Assembly: GCA_000437375.1 (NCBI GenBank)
Contig: FR898237.1
Span: 7 to 64,006, forward strand
Length of the DNA stretch: 64,000 bases
Source: Eubacterium sp. CAG:841
Lineage (GTDB): Bacteria; Bacillota; Clostridia; Oscillospirales; CAG-272
Reading direction: 5' to 3'
The notes under the pieces are model-generated. The model saw nothing but the letters and a program-made list of their open reading frames with translations, had not been told where the DNA came from and did not search any database. Positions 7,884-17,518 of this stretch are shown here, one piece after another; the stretch's first letter is position 1, and every line of letters starts with the position of its first letter. The position numbers were made by a program, and so were the translations under genes.

Positions 7884-8399
7884 ATGAAAGAATATGCTTT
7901 TTCCACGCGGAAACTGTGCTACGTAGCGCTCTTCACCGCACTGAATATAATAATGAGTTCGTTCGGAGTTCCCGTTCCTGGCGGACACCTGTATCTCAAC
8001 GATATCGTCATCTGTTTTGCCGCGCTTCTTTTTGATCCGCTTTCGGCTTTTATAGTCGGAGGTGTCGGCGCGTTCTTCGGTGACCTTATATTTTATCCCA
8101 CGCCTATGTTTGTCTCACTTGCAACACACGGACTTCAGGCAGTCGTTATCTCGCTTATAGCAGGCAAAAAAGAAAATCTGCCGAAGCTTTGGCGCGCCAT
8201 TCTTGCCGTGTTTATAGGAGCAATAATAATGGTCACGGGATATTCTCTCGGCAGAGCGTTTATTTACAGCACTCCCGAATACGCAATTATCAAGCTTCCC
8301 TATCAGATATTGCAGGCAGTCGTAGGTGCTGTGCTCGGCGTAATACTTCTCTATAAAACGCCGGTAAGACGTCATGTTTACAAGATCCCGAAAAACTGA
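7884..8399 (+). CDS. ECF-transporter S (substrate-capture) component
   Basis: 171 aa, multi-TM, with the look of an ECF S component. Divergent from the MocR/PdxR-like regulator, so a vitamin-B6-type substrate is only a context inference. Confidence 0.65.
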   Translation: MKEYAFSTRKLCYVALFTALNIIMSSFGVPVPGGHLYLNDIVICFAALLFDPLSAFIVGGVGAFFGDLIFYPTPMFVSLATHGLQAVVISLIAGKKENLPKLWRAILAVFIGAIIMVTGYSLGRAFIYSTPEYAIIKLPYQILQAVVGAVLGVILLYKTPVRRHVYKIPKN

Positions 8400-8456
8400 A
8401 TTTCAATTACCGATATAAAATTATGTCGCAGGAAAAGTTTCCTGCGGCATTTTTTA

Positions 8457-9836
8457 TCAAAGAGAAAGTATATGTGACGCGAACACAAAATACAGCATAA
8501 GCGAAACAGCGTCCACTATCGTAGTTATTATCGGACTTGCAACAACGGCAGGGTCAAGCTTTACGGCCTTTGCCGCGATGGGAAGTATACATCCGATAAG
8601 CTTTGCAAAAATAACCGTTACAAAAAGCGTAAGACAAACAACTCCCGAAATTGCAAATCCGTATGCAGTAAGCGGAAGCGTTTTAAGCAAAAGCATTTCA
8701 ACAAGCAAAATCTTTACAAAGTTTGCACCGGCAAGCGTCCCTGCACACAGCGCCGCAACGCGAAGCTCCTTGCGTATTACAAGGAATATATCTTTCGGTG
8801 CGACATCGCCGAGCGCCAACGCGCGGATCACCGTTACAGACGCCTGTGCGCCGCTGTTTCCGCCCGTATCCATAAGCATGGGAATAAATGCGGTAAGCGC
8901 CGTACATGCTGCAAGTGCATTTTCAAAGCCGGAGATTATCATCCCCGTAAAGGTTGCCGAAACCATAAGTATCAAAAGCCACGGAATTCTTTGCTTCCAC
9001 GTCTCTATCATACCGGTTTTAAGATACGGCTTTTCGGACGGCGACATAGCCGCCATCTTTTCCATATCCTCTGTCGCCTCGTCCTCGATTACTTCCATTG
9101 CGTCGTCTATTGTTACTATACCCACAAGACGCTGTTCGGCGTCAACGACGGGAAGCGCAAGATAGCCGTACTTTTTTATCTGTCCCGCAACGAACTCTTT
9201 GTCATCCGTTGTATGCACTTCAATAAAATTGTCGTGCATAATATCTTCTATTTTCGTTTCTTCGGATGAAACAAGCAACCTTTTTACTGAAACAACGCCG
9301 ATCAGCTTGCGGTTTTCCGTCACATAACAGGTATATACCGTTTCCTTATCAAGTCCTACCTTGCGGATATGCGCAAACGCTTCGGCAACCGTCATTGTTC
9401 TTTTAAGCGAAACATATTCCGGCGTCATTATGCTGCCGGCGCTGTCCTCGGGATAAAGAAGAAGTTCGTTTATAGTTTTTCTTCTCTCCGGACTTGAGTT
9501 TTTGAGGATCCTCGCAACAACGCTTGCCGGCATTTCTTCAATAAGGTCGGCGGCATCGTCCATTTCCATATCTTCAACTATTACGGTAAGCTCTGTATCA
9601 CTCAGACTTTTTATCAATGCTTCCTGAACGTCAGGCTCCATATACGCAAATGCATCAGCTGCCGTTTCTTTTTTCAGAAGTCTGAAAACAACCGTTACCT
9701 GCTTTTCATCAAGTCCGTCCATAGCTTCAGCTATGTCTACCGGGTTTACATCTTCAAGCTTTTCACAGAGTTCCTTGAATCGCTTGTTTTCGATAGCATC
9801 CGCTATCATTTCAGTCAAAAGTTCTTTTTCTTCCAT
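8457..9836 (-). CDS. mgtE: Magnesium transporter MgtE
   Basis: Trimmed to the ATG at 9836 (MEEKELLTEM...). Has an N-domain, tandem CBS region and a C-terminal TM domain with DTGGNSGAQAS. Confidence 0.9.
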   Translation of the reverse strand: MEEKELLTEMIADAIENKRFKELCEKLEDVNPVDIAEAMDGLDEKQVTVVFRLLKKETAADAFAYMEPDVQEALIKSLSDTELTVIVEDMEMDDAADLIEEMPASVVARILKNSSPERRKTINELLLYPEDSAGSIMTPEYVSLKRTMTVAEAFAHIRKVGLDKETVYTCYVTENRKLIGVVSVKRLLVSSEETKIEDIMHDNFIEVHTTDDKEFVAGQIKKYGYLALPVVDAEQRLVGIVTIDDAMEVIEDEATEDMEKMAAMSPSEKPYLKTGMIETWKQRIPWLLILMVSATFTGMIISGFENALAACTALTAFIPMLMDTGGNSGAQASVTVIRALALGDVAPKDIFLVIRKELRVAALCAGTLAGANFVKILLVEMLLLKTLPLTAYGFAISGVVCLTLFVTVIFAKLIGCILPIAAKAVKLDPAVVASPIITTIVDAVSLMLYFVFASHILSL

Positions 9837-10100
9837 GTCACACCTCTTTCCGAAAAGGCACGGCAAAATAAAAAGATCGCCATTTGCCTTCTCTGTTTGA
9901 TAAACCGAAAGCTATGTGCGATCATCGGAAGCTTTTATATAACCTGAGTGCGTTAATTTATCCGCGACGAAAAAGGCCTCGACTCGCGGGGCAATAAGCA
10001 CATATAGGCAACAAAAATACTTCGTCCGACCGAACTGTTACTTCCCGCGTCCATCGATTTTTCACCTCAGCTTTTTTCTTTGAATTTCAGGCTGTCGCCT
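9837..10100 (-). promoter_or_regulatory. Long structured 5' leader of mgtE (riboswitch-like; M-box expected but not cleanly matched)
   Basis: About 265 nt lie between a near-consensus promoter and the ATG. Mutually exclusive helices are possible: CGCGGG/CCCGCG versus CCGCGA/TCGCGG, and TATGTGC/GCACATA. M-box-like pieces GAGGUGA and GACGCGGGAAGUAACAG are present. The RBS AAAGAGG can pair with an upstream GCCUUUU. Confidence 0.45.
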
Positions 10101-10107
10101 ATATTAA

Positions 10108-10136
10108 ATTTTAACCATTTTTGAATGGTTTGTCAA
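10108..10136 (-). promoter_or_regulatory. SigmaA promoter of mgtE leader
   Basis: On the minus strand: TTGACA (10136-10131), 17 nt, TAAAAT (10113-10108). Confidence 0.6.
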
Positions 10137-10151
10137 TATTTTTTTCTGATA

Positions 10152-10180
10152 TTGTCAAAAGATATTATTTGTGATACAAT
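10152..10180 (+). promoter_or_regulatory. SigmaA promoter of deoB-cdd
   Basis: TTGTCA (10152-10157), 17 nt, TACAAT (10175-10180). RBS GGGAGG lies before the ATG at 10205. Confidence 0.55.
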
Positions 10181-10204
10181 AAATTTAAAGGGAGGTTTTT
10201 TATT

Positions 10205-11371
10205 ATGAAAAGAATTTTTCTTATAGTACTTGACAGCTTCGGCATAGGCAAAGCCAAAGACGCGGTCGCATTCGGCGACGAAGGCTCCGACACTCTCGGC
10301 TCGCTTATGAAAACCGAAGGCTTTACACTTAACACACTGAAAAAGCTCGGACTTCTGAACATTGACGGCGTAAGTCGCGCAGGATATCCTCCATGCGAAT
10401 CTCCCATAGGCGCATATGCTCGCGTGGAGGAACGCTCCGCCGGAAAAGACACCACCATAGGCCACTGGGAAATAGCAGGAATTTATTCTCCCACGCCGCT
10501 CCCTCTTTTTCCAAACGGCTTTCCGAAAGAAATCATTGATGAATTTTCTCGCCTCACCGGCAGAGCTGTTCTTTGCAACAAACCTTATTCCGGAACGGAA
10601 GTAATTAAAGATTACGGCGAAGAGCATATGAAGACCGGTGCGCTTATAGTTTATACATCAGGCGACAGCGTGTTCCAGATAGCTGCCCATGAAAGCGTTG
10701 TACCGATAGACGAACTCTATCGCTATTGCGAGATCGCGCGAAAGCTTCTTACAGGCAAATACTGCGTAGGCAGAGTTATAGCAAGACCTTTTGAAGGCGA
10801 ATATCCTTTTCAGAGAACATCGCGCCGTCATGACTTTTCGGCTGAGCCGCCGTCAGATACGCTCCTTGACGTGCTTAAAGCTCAGGGCTATGACACCGTG
10901 TGTATAGGCAAAATAGGCGATATTTTTGCCGGCAGAGGCACAACGAGCTCTGTGCGGACATCTTCAAACGACGATGGCATGGATAAGCTTATGGACGCAC
11001 AAAAAACTGATTTTCACGGGCTGTGTTTTGTAAATCTTGTTGATTTCGATTCATCATTCGGGCACAGAAGAAACGCACCCGGATATGCAGGAGCAATCAT
11101 GCGCTTTGACGAGCGCATCGCACCGTTTATAGAAAATATGCGCGATGACGATGTGCTTATGATAACCGCCGATCACGGATGCGATCCTATGTACAAAGGT
11201 ACCGATCACACAAGAGAAAACGTTCCGTTTCTCATCTACGGCAAAGAAATAAAGCCTGAAAATCTCGGCACGCTCCCCACCTATTCGGATATTGCGGCAA
11301 CCGTGGCGGATATGCTCGGTGCAGATTATTCTCTTTGCGGAGAAAGTATTTACGGGAGGATAAAGAAATGA
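10205..11371 (+). CDS. deoB: Phosphopentomutase
   Basis: MKRIFLIVLDSFGIGKAKDAVAFGDEGSDTLGSL... and ...ITADHGCDP... are typical of DeoB. Confidence 0.9.
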   Translation: MKRIFLIVLDSFGIGKAKDAVAFGDEGSDTLGSLMKTEGFTLNTLKKLGLLNIDGVSRAGYPPCESPIGAYARVEERSAGKDTTIGHWEIAGIYSPTPLPLFPNGFPKEIIDEFSRLTGRAVLCNKPYSGTEVIKDYGEEHMKTGALIVYTSGDSVFQIAAHESVVPIDELYRYCEIARKLLTGKYCVGRVIARPFEGEYPFQRTSRRHDFSAEPPSDTLLDVLKAQGYDTVCIGKIGDIFAGRGTTSSVRTSSNDDGMDKLMDAQKTDFHGLCFVNLVDFDSSFGHRRNAPGYAGAIMRFDERIAPFIENMRDDDVLMITADHGCDPMYKGTDHTRENVPFLIYGKEIKPENLGTLPTYSDIAATVADMLGADYSLCGESIYGRIKK

Positions 11372-11760
11372 ATATTGATTATAAAGCGCTTGCCGCTGCG
11401 GCAATAAAAGCAAGCGAAAACGCTTATGTTCCGTATTCGCACTTTCCTGTAGGTGCCGCTCTTCTTGCCGAAAGCGGCAAAATATATCTCGGATGCAATA
11501 TAGAAAACTCCTCTTTCGGAGCAACCATTTGCGCCGAAAGGACAGCAATGTCAAAAGCCATCTCCGAAGGCGAAAAGAAATTTACGGCACTCGCCGTTGC
11601 TGCCGATCACGGTGACGAATATATTGTTCCGTGCGGCATTTGCAGACAGTTTATATGTGAATTCTGCCCGCCCGAATTTCCCATAATTCTTGTAAAATCG
11701 GAAGATGATTTCAAAGTCTCCTCTCTCGGTGAGCTTCTTCCGGCAGGCTTTGTGCTTTGA
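11368..11760 (+). CDS. cdd: Cytidine deaminase
   Basis: Trimmed to the ATG at 11368 (ATGA overlap with the deoB stop; RBS GGGAGGA). Zinc motifs CAERTA and PCGICRQ. Confidence 0.9.
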   Translation: MNIDYKALAAAAIKASENAYVPYSHFPVGAALLAESGKIYLGCNIENSSFGATICAERTAMSKAISEGEKKFTALAVAADHGDEYIVPCGICRQFICEFCPPEFPIILVKSEDDFKVSSLGELLPAGFVL

Positions 11761-11770
11761 TACAAAATTA

Positions 11771-11797
11771 AAATCCCCGCCAAGCGGGGATTTTTTA
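11771..11797. terminator. Bidirectional terminator between convergent genes
   Basis: AAATCCCCGC-caa-GCGGGGATTTTTT. Confidence 0.75.
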
Positions 11798-11813
11798 TTA
11801 AGCGAATTTGGTT

Positions 11814-12503
11814 TTAAGCCCTTACAGCTATTTTCTTTTCGGCATAAATCGCTCCGGCAATACCGATAAAATATCCTCCGGCGCACAAAATGCTTTCATA
11901 AGCTACCGTTCCGGCAATATTACTTACGGAACCTGAAAAAAATATTCCGCAAAGCGTCATTATAAGCCATGCCGAATATGCTGTGATCAACGAAAAGCCC
12001 ACTCCGCGAGGAGATATATAAGGCTTTTTAAATGTCGGCACGGTCTTATGGGCATGATAAAATATTCGTGTTGCAACTGTTAAAAAAATTACAATTACAT
12101 ACCTCGCGGCGTTTTCAAGCGCGCATAAAGCATCGGAATACAAATAATTTTCAATAAGCGAGTCACTTATGTCGTTGCGTAACAAAAGCAACGCGACCGC
12201 AAATGATATCATAGGCATTATGGCTACCGAAAGCACACCCGTGACAGATAAAACCGCCGCATCTCTTCCTCTTGCAAACAAAACAATCCACGTCGAAATT
12301 CCGGCAAAGAAAAAAAGCGAAGCGTAAAGGAAAATATATTTTGCGTTATAAAAAAGCTGAATAAGAAAATCGAGTCCGCGCGGAAGATAATAATAATTTT
12401 TCTGCAAAACAGCAAAAAGCACTGTAAATAAAACCGTCCCAAAAAGCGGAACTACAAGCTCCCACAATATTATACGGGAAAGTTTAAGCTTTCTTTTCTC
12501 CAA
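11814..12503 (-). CDS. Hypothetical multi-pass membrane protein
   Basis: ORF 11814-12560 has no ATG near its 5' end. The best start is the TTG at 12503 (AGGA 8 nt upstream), but the start is uncertain. About 6-7 TM segments. No family recognised. Confidence 0.5.
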   Translation of the reverse strand: MEKRKLKLSRIILWELVVPLFGTVLFTVLFAVLQKNYYYLPRGLDFLIQLFYNAKYIFLYASLFFFAGISTWIVLFARGRDAAVLSVTGVLSVAIMPMISFAVALLLLRNDISDSLIENYLYSDALCALENAARYVIVIFLTVATRIFYHAHKTVPTFKKPYISPRGVGFSLITAYSAWLIMTLCGIFFSGSVSNIAGTVAYESILCAGGYFIGIAGAIYAEKKIAVRA

Positions 12504-12595
12504 AATACTGTTCCTTTCAAAAACGTGATCATGTATTAAATATATCACATTCCCGGGCAAATAAAAACTTTATTTTGTAAACTTTTAAAACAATA

Positions 12596-12626
12596 AAAAC
12601 AGCTCCCCGAAGGGAGCTGTTTTTAT
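12596..12626 (-). terminator. Terminator of the S-layer-type gene
   Basis: ACAGCTCCC-cgaa-GGGAGCTGT flanked by A/T runs. Confidence 0.8.
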
Positions 12627-12649
12627 ATCTTTAGTAGGAATACTATTGA

Positions 12650-15600
12650 TTACTGAAGTATCGAGTTAACGAGTACACAATATGTGCCGTCAACTACGAT
12701 GTACTGGAATGTAATTCTCTCGGGTTCCATCTGATATGCATACTTATAAGTAAGAACATACGTATAAGCAGGAGAGTTAGCTGTGCCCCAGAACTTACCG
12801 TTGAGGTTCTTAGCCTCTGCGCTTACCTTGTAGTCAGCGAGAGCCTTTTCAGCCTTAGCGATATTTTCCTTAGCTGTGATCTTAGCAGCCGTTCTCTTTT
12901 CGCCTGTAGCGATTTCTTCAGCAACAATTGCATCATATTCAGCCTGAGCCTTATTGATGTTGTTCTGAAGTGTATTGATCTGAGCCTGGATTGCTGTGTT
13001 GAAGTTAACAAGCGTTACAGCTGTAGAATCGCCAGCCTTCTTGTAGTTGCCATCAAAGTCAACATAGAAGAATTCCCACTTGAAGTTTGTTCCGTCAACA
13101 ACTTCCTTACCGTCGTTGTTGAGGTCAACCTTAAGGTTACCCTGAGCGTCAACAGAAAGGATAGCACCCTTCTTAGCTATGCCCGTAGAGCCCTTGATTT
13201 CGCCGTCTGCCGTTACTGCATAGTATCCAACAGGAAGTGTAGCATCTATAGTAGCTGCATACTTAGCTTCTGCATATGTTGAATATCTGTAGTAGATAGA
13301 ACCGAATTCTGTGCCTGCGGGAACTTCAACTGCGGAGTATGTGGACTTAACGAGAATGTCCTTGCCGTACTCTGTAGCTTCAAGAGTTGTACCTGTCTTG
13401 CCGAGGTAAACGATCTTATAATCGTTCTTGTCGTCACCGGGTTCGGGAGCAACAATACCGTCAACATATTCACCGATTACACCAAGAACCGTAAGGTCAC
13501 CATCTTTAGATGTTGTTACCTGTTCGTAGGAAACGAAGAGATCCTTGCCTGCTTCTGTGAATGCCTTAACAGTTGTTGTGGAACCATTGAGGTTGCCTGT
13601 CTTAGCGTCAGGAGTCATAACGATGATCGTTGCGGTTTCGTCTGCTTTGTACTTTGTACCATCGAAGTCTACGTAGTAGTAGCCAGGGAGATAGTCGCCC
13701 TTGTCAGCTGTAGGATCAAGAGCTCTTGTCTTAACTGTAGAAACCTTTGCGAAGTCTTCGTCCTTAACAGTTTCAACTGTCCATTCAAGACCTTCGTAGC
13801 TTACGTCATAAGTAAGCTTAACAACAGGATCACCGTTAGCGTCTACCTTCGGTACGCTGTTAGTTGTGTTAACTCTGTAAAGGAGTTTGTCTATAACTTT
13901 ATAAGGCATGTTATCAGGTGTGAGCTGGCTTTCCCAGTAAGCCTTTTCGGTATCTGTGAGAACCTTAACCTGAGCGCCGTTCTTATCAACAACAGGAACG
14001 TATGTCTGAACGCCTTCTGTCATATCCTGAACTGCTGTGAATGTAACCTTAGCGTTAGCAACAGACCATTTCTTTACGAACTTAGCGGATGCGGAAGGAG
14101 TCTTTTCATAGTAAGGATCCTTTGCAACCTTTGTTGTTGCTTCTTTTGTGAAGGTTTCTGCGCCTGCCTTGAGAGCAGCCTTAGCCTCTGCTTCAACAGA
14201 AGCTGTATCGATACCACCGATGAGGAGTATGCTCTGATACTGAGTCCATGTAGCATCTGCACCTGCGAATACCTGTTTGTAGTTGTATTCGCCTGTAACG
14301 ATGAACTTATCTTCTGCAGTAGCAGTCTTTGTGCTTGCAACAGCGTCAACTGAGCTGTTTACTGTGTTGATGTACTTAAGAACCTGCTGAGCAGATGCAT
14401 CCTTAAATACGGATACATAGATGAAGTCTGCGTCTGTTACCTTTGTTCCGCTTGTAGCGTTCTGGAACTGGTATGCGTTCTGGCTTGTAGCGAAAATCTT
14501 GTGATATGCATCATAATTTTCGATATCCCAGAGGTAAGAAGCACTTGCTCTTACTTCGTATGTCTTAACGCCGGATACCTTGCCGAACTTTGCAGAAGAA
14601 ACAACGCTTTCAAGGTATTCGCCGCTTGCGTTAACAACTGCAGCACCTGTGCTTGTTGTTGTAACAGTTGTGCCTGTGTAACGGATAGCGTCTGCAACCT
14701 TAACGAGAGCTGCATATTCTTTTGCCTTTGTAGCGTCAGCCTTAACAAGTGCGTAGAATGTGTCAGCGTCGCAACCGAACTCATCGAGGAGTGCCTTAAG
14801 TGTAAGAGCATTGTAAGTAGCCTGTTCAGCAGCTGTAGCTGTTTCATTATAGTTTGCTGCTGTTGTCTTGCCCTTGTACTGGCAATAAGCACTGAGCTGA
14901 CCGATGTCTTTAAGTGTCTTTGTTGTAAGAACAGAAGCGTCATCAGCTGCTGCAATTACAGGAACCATAGCTGTAAGAATGTTAGAAACCTGGTGTACCG
15001 TAGCGTATGTCTGTACGAGGCTGCCTGACTTGTGATACTCTACATAAGTAGCAGGTGTAGCCATGTATGTAGCTGCATCAAAGCCGAGAGCCGTAAGAGC
15101 TGCATTTACAGATACGCCGTTTGTATAGAACGTTGCACCGTTCTTAAGGCCACTGTCTGTATATGTGTCTACGCCGGGAACCTTGAGGTTGAACCAAGAG
15201 AATCTTGTGGAATCAGCGAGAGTGCCAGCTGCATATGTAGCTACGCCGTCGCTGCCTGCTTCCATCTTAGAAGAAGCGAGAGTTACCTTGAATGTGTTGT
15301 CACCTGTTTCGGTCTTTTCAACCTTAACGATGAAACCTGTATCAGCTGCAGAAGCTGCTGCTGTATCAGCAAGGTAAACAACAACGTTTGCTGCATCGCC
15401 TGTAGCTGTGCTGTCTATATCGGAAGCAAGTACATAGCTTACTGCCTTGTTATAAACAAGACCCTTGAAAGCTGCAGGAGTTACGATATCGTTGATCGTA
15501 CCTGTTGTTGTGTTCTTGAGAGTATCAAGGAAAGGAGTCCAAGCCTTAGCGTCTACGTTAACAGTTGCTGTAGCACCTGCGATCGCATACGTAAGTTTTA

Positions 15601-17329
15601 CAGATTCAGCTCTGTTAGCATATGTTTCGTTGCCTTCTGCATCGAATACGGGAACAGGAATATAAACAGTCTTTGTTTCTTCAACTTTGCCGAGTGTTGC
15701 AACTGTGCAAACGAAGTATTCTTTGCCGTTTATAGTCTTTTTGCCGGATGTTTCGATACCAGCTATAACGCCGGAAGAAACTGTAGCAACGTCGATTGTC
15801 TTATAGTTAGACTTAACTGTGATTGTAACTTTGCCCTTAGCAACAGAAGCTACAACGCCTGCGCCGAACTTAGATGATTTGATAACAACAGCTATATCAT
15901 AATAACCGTCGCCATCTATATCATAAAATTCAACTCTTGCTTCACCTGTAGCTGTGTTGGGGATAAGAGCCTTAGCTTCAGCAGCTGTAAGCGGAGCGTC
16001 GGATTCTTCGCTGAAAACAACGATTTCGTCTTCAGCAACGGAACGGGAATTGCTTACTACTGTGTATTCAACAGCCTTATCGGAAGCGCCCTTGTATACG
16101 AGCTTGTTTCCTGCGAAGGAAATAGCGTGTGTATACTGAGTTGCACCGTCAGCATCTGTATATGTAGCAGATGTGTAAGCCAAAGGAAGCTCAGGAGTTG
16201 AGTCGTTTGAACCGCTGGCATTTGCATACTTAGGATACAAACCGGGATTCTTAACGGAACCGTCGTAGTTGTATGTACGAACGTTTGTGCTTGCTTTAGC
16301 AACAAGGAACGTATCGGAAACGGACTTAGTTGAGAAGAGGCTTACTGCCGTAACCTTGTTATCAACTCTCTTAACCTTGAGAAGAGTACCGTTCTGAACA
16401 TAGTCACCAAGGTTGAATGTGTCGAGAGTTTCGCCGGAAGTATCACGTGTTGCAGAGAGACCGAGAGATACACGAACGAGTTTTTCAAGTTCGTCAACTG
16501 CGATCGGATATGCTGCTGTAACACTGCCTGAGCCGCCAACTGCGAAAAGTCCTGCAACCTTTGTTCCTTCATTGTCAAGAGTTCCGCCAAGAACGAGCTG
16601 GTTGGTGCTGTCCATTTCAAGGCCTTCAACTCTTACGATATCGGAAGATGTGCCTGCGCCGCCCCAAGGGAAGTTCTTACCGAGGTTCTCGCCCTTCTTT
16701 GTAAGGCAAAGAACGTCGTCAGAATCGTTACCCCAGTTGAGTATTGTTGCGAGAAGGTATGCAGCCTCACCGTAAGAAAGCTCGTAGTCGGGGTTTACAG
16801 TATCAACATTGGACATGAAAACTCTGTCAAATGCATGGCAGAATTTGTTTGCAACATACATCCAGTTGTACTGCCACTGGTCACCGTTTTCGGGAACGTC
16901 GTTCTGGAAGCCCATAAGTCTTACGATAACAACGCTTGCTTCAGCAAGGTCGATCGTAGCGTTGGGTCTGAAGTTGCCGTCACCGTCGCCGACGATGAGA
17001 GCGCGCTGGTAAGCATAGCATATAGCTGCTCTGTGCGCTTTGTCTGTGTCAGCCTGGTCTTTGAAAACTACTGTGTCAGCAAGGACACCGTTTTCATCCC
17101 ACCACTGTGTGTTTACCCAAGTGCTGTCGATTTTCGCAACCATAAGTGCGAATTCAGCTCTTGTGATCTTTGTTCCCGCTTTTGTGCCGATGTCGGCAAC
17201 GCCAATGCTTTCAAGGTACTCAACTGCGTTGTTGTACCAAGTAGCCTTAGCTGCAGAAACGCTTGCAAACGCGCCGATTACCATTGTAAGAGCGAGCACG
17301 AGTGCAAGAATTCTTGAGATGTTTTTCAT
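12650..17329 (-). CDS. Large secreted SLH-domain cell-surface (S-layer-type) protein
   Basis: Trimmed to the ATG at 17329 (RBS TAGGAGGAATAC). Signal peptide MKNISRILALVLALTMVIGAFASVSAAKA. Three SLH-like modules (KITRAEFALMV; FKDQADTDKAHRAAICYAYQRALIVGDGDGNFRPNATIDLAEASVVIVRL; ELSYGEAAYLLATIL). About 1300 aa of Thr/Ala/Val/Lys-rich sequence follow, with a C-terminal coiled-coil stretch. Confidence 0.85.
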   Translation of the reverse strand: MKNISRILALVLALTMVIGAFASVSAAKATWYNNAVEYLESIGVADIGTKAGTKITRAEFALMVAKIDSTWVNTQWWDENGVLADTVVFKDQADTDKAHRAAICYAYQRALIVGDGDGNFRPNATIDLAEASVVIVRLMGFQNDVPENGDQWQYNWMYVANKFCHAFDRVFMSNVDTVNPDYELSYGEAAYLLATILNWGNDSDDVLCLTKKGENLGKNFPWGGAGTSSDIVRVEGLEMDSTNQLVLGGTLDNEGTKVAGLFAVGGSGSVTAAYPIAVDELEKLVRVSLGLSATRDTSGETLDTFNLGDYVQNGTLLKVKRVDNKVTAVSLFSTKSVSDTFLVAKASTNVRTYNYDGSVKNPGLYPKYANASGSNDSTPELPLAYTSATYTDADGATQYTHAISFAGNKLVYKGASDKAVEYTVVSNSRSVAEDEIVVFSEESDAPLTAAEAKALIPNTATGEARVEFYDIDGDGYYDIAVVIKSSKFGAGVVASVAKGKVTITVKSNYKTIDVATVSSGVIAGIETSGKKTINGKEYFVCTVATLGKVEETKTVYIPVPVFDAEGNETYANRAESVKLTYAIAGATATVNVDAKAWTPFLDTLKNTTTGTINDIVTPAAFKGLVYNKAVSYVLASDIDSTATGDAANVVVYLADTAAASAADTGFIVKVEKTETGDNTFKVTLASSKMEAGSDGVATYAAGTLADSTRFSWFNLKVPGVDTYTDSGLKNGATFYTNGVSVNAALTALGFDAATYMATPATYVEYHKSGSLVQTYATVHQVSNILTAMVPVIAAADDASVLTTKTLKDIGQLSAYCQYKGKTTAANYNETATAAEQATYNALTLKALLDEFGCDADTFYALVKADATKAKEYAALVKVADAIRYTGTTVTTTSTGAAVVNASGEYLESVVSSAKFGKVSGVKTYEVRASASYLWDIENYDAYHKIFATSQNAYQFQNATSGTKVTDADFIYVSVFKDASAQQVLKYINTVNSSVDAVASTKTATAEDKFIVTGEYNYKQVFAGADATWTQYQSILLIGGIDTASVEAEAKAALKAGAETFTKEATTKVAKDPYYEKTPSASAKFVKKWSVANAKVTFTAVQDMTEGVQTYVPVVDKNGAQVKVLTDTEKAYWESQLTPDNMPYKVIDKLLYRVNTTNSVPKVDANGDPVVKLTYDVSYEGLEWTVETVKDEDFAKVSTVKTRALDPTADKGDYLPGYYYVDFDGTKYKADETATIIVMTPDAKTGNLNGSTTTVKAFTEAGKDLFVSYEQVTTSKDGDLTVLGVIGEYVDGIVAPEPGDDKNDYKIVYLGKTGTTLEATEYGKDILVKSTYSAVEVPAGTEFGSIYYRYSTYAEAKYAATIDATLPVGYYAVTADGEIKGSTGIAKKGAILSVDAQGNLKVDLNNDGKEVVDGTNFKWEFFYVDFDGNYKKAGDSTAVTLVNFNTAIQAQINTLQNNINKAQAEYDAIVAEEIATGEKRTAAKITAKENIAKAEKALADYKVSAEAKNLNGKFWGTANSPAYTYVLTYKYAYQMEPERITFQYIVVDGTYCVLVNSILQ

Positions 17330-17489
17330 AGTATTCCTCCTATATTTTTTAGGTGCGTCGGGGGATAATACTCCCCCTGTGGCTATCCTAGCATAGTAAT
17401 GATACAAAATTGCTGCGTTTATTTCAAGAGGTTTGAGCGTTTTGTAATAAAACTGTAATATTCCGCGGGCAATTTTGATTTCCTTTAAT

Positions 17490-17518
17490 ATAATACGCCG
17501 CAACAATAGCAAAATCAA
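17490..17518 (-). promoter_or_regulatory. Candidate promoter of S-layer-type gene (would give a ~150-nt 5' UTR)
   Basis: On the minus strand: TTGATT (17518-17513), 17 nt, TATTAT (17495-17490). Confidence 0.3.

Noticed and set aside
9837-10100. Calling the mgtE leader a definite M-box riboswitch.
   Set aside because: Context strongly suggests it, and some conserved strings are present. However, I could not align the elements in the canonical order by eye. It is kept as a candidate pending a covariance-model scan.
12823-17396. Many long alternative-frame and antisense ORFs inside the S-layer-type gene, for example 15032-15877 (+, 281 aa, Cys-rich), 14501-15028 (+), 16835-17317 (+) and 14551-14955 (-).
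   Set aside because: They lie wholly inside a 1559-aa gene with strong signal peptide, SLH and RBS evidence. They lack RBS and start context. Their Cys/Ser/Leu-rich translations are what the reverse complement of a GCx/ACx/GTx-biased, highly expressed gene produces. The open antisense frames are a codon-bias artefact.
17330-17518. 63-codon N-terminal extension of the large ORF (MILLLLRRIILKEIK...).
   Set aside because: The extension has no RBS, whereas the ATG at 17329 has TAGGAGG and begins a textbook signal peptide. The upstream part is better explained as 5' UTR plus promoter.
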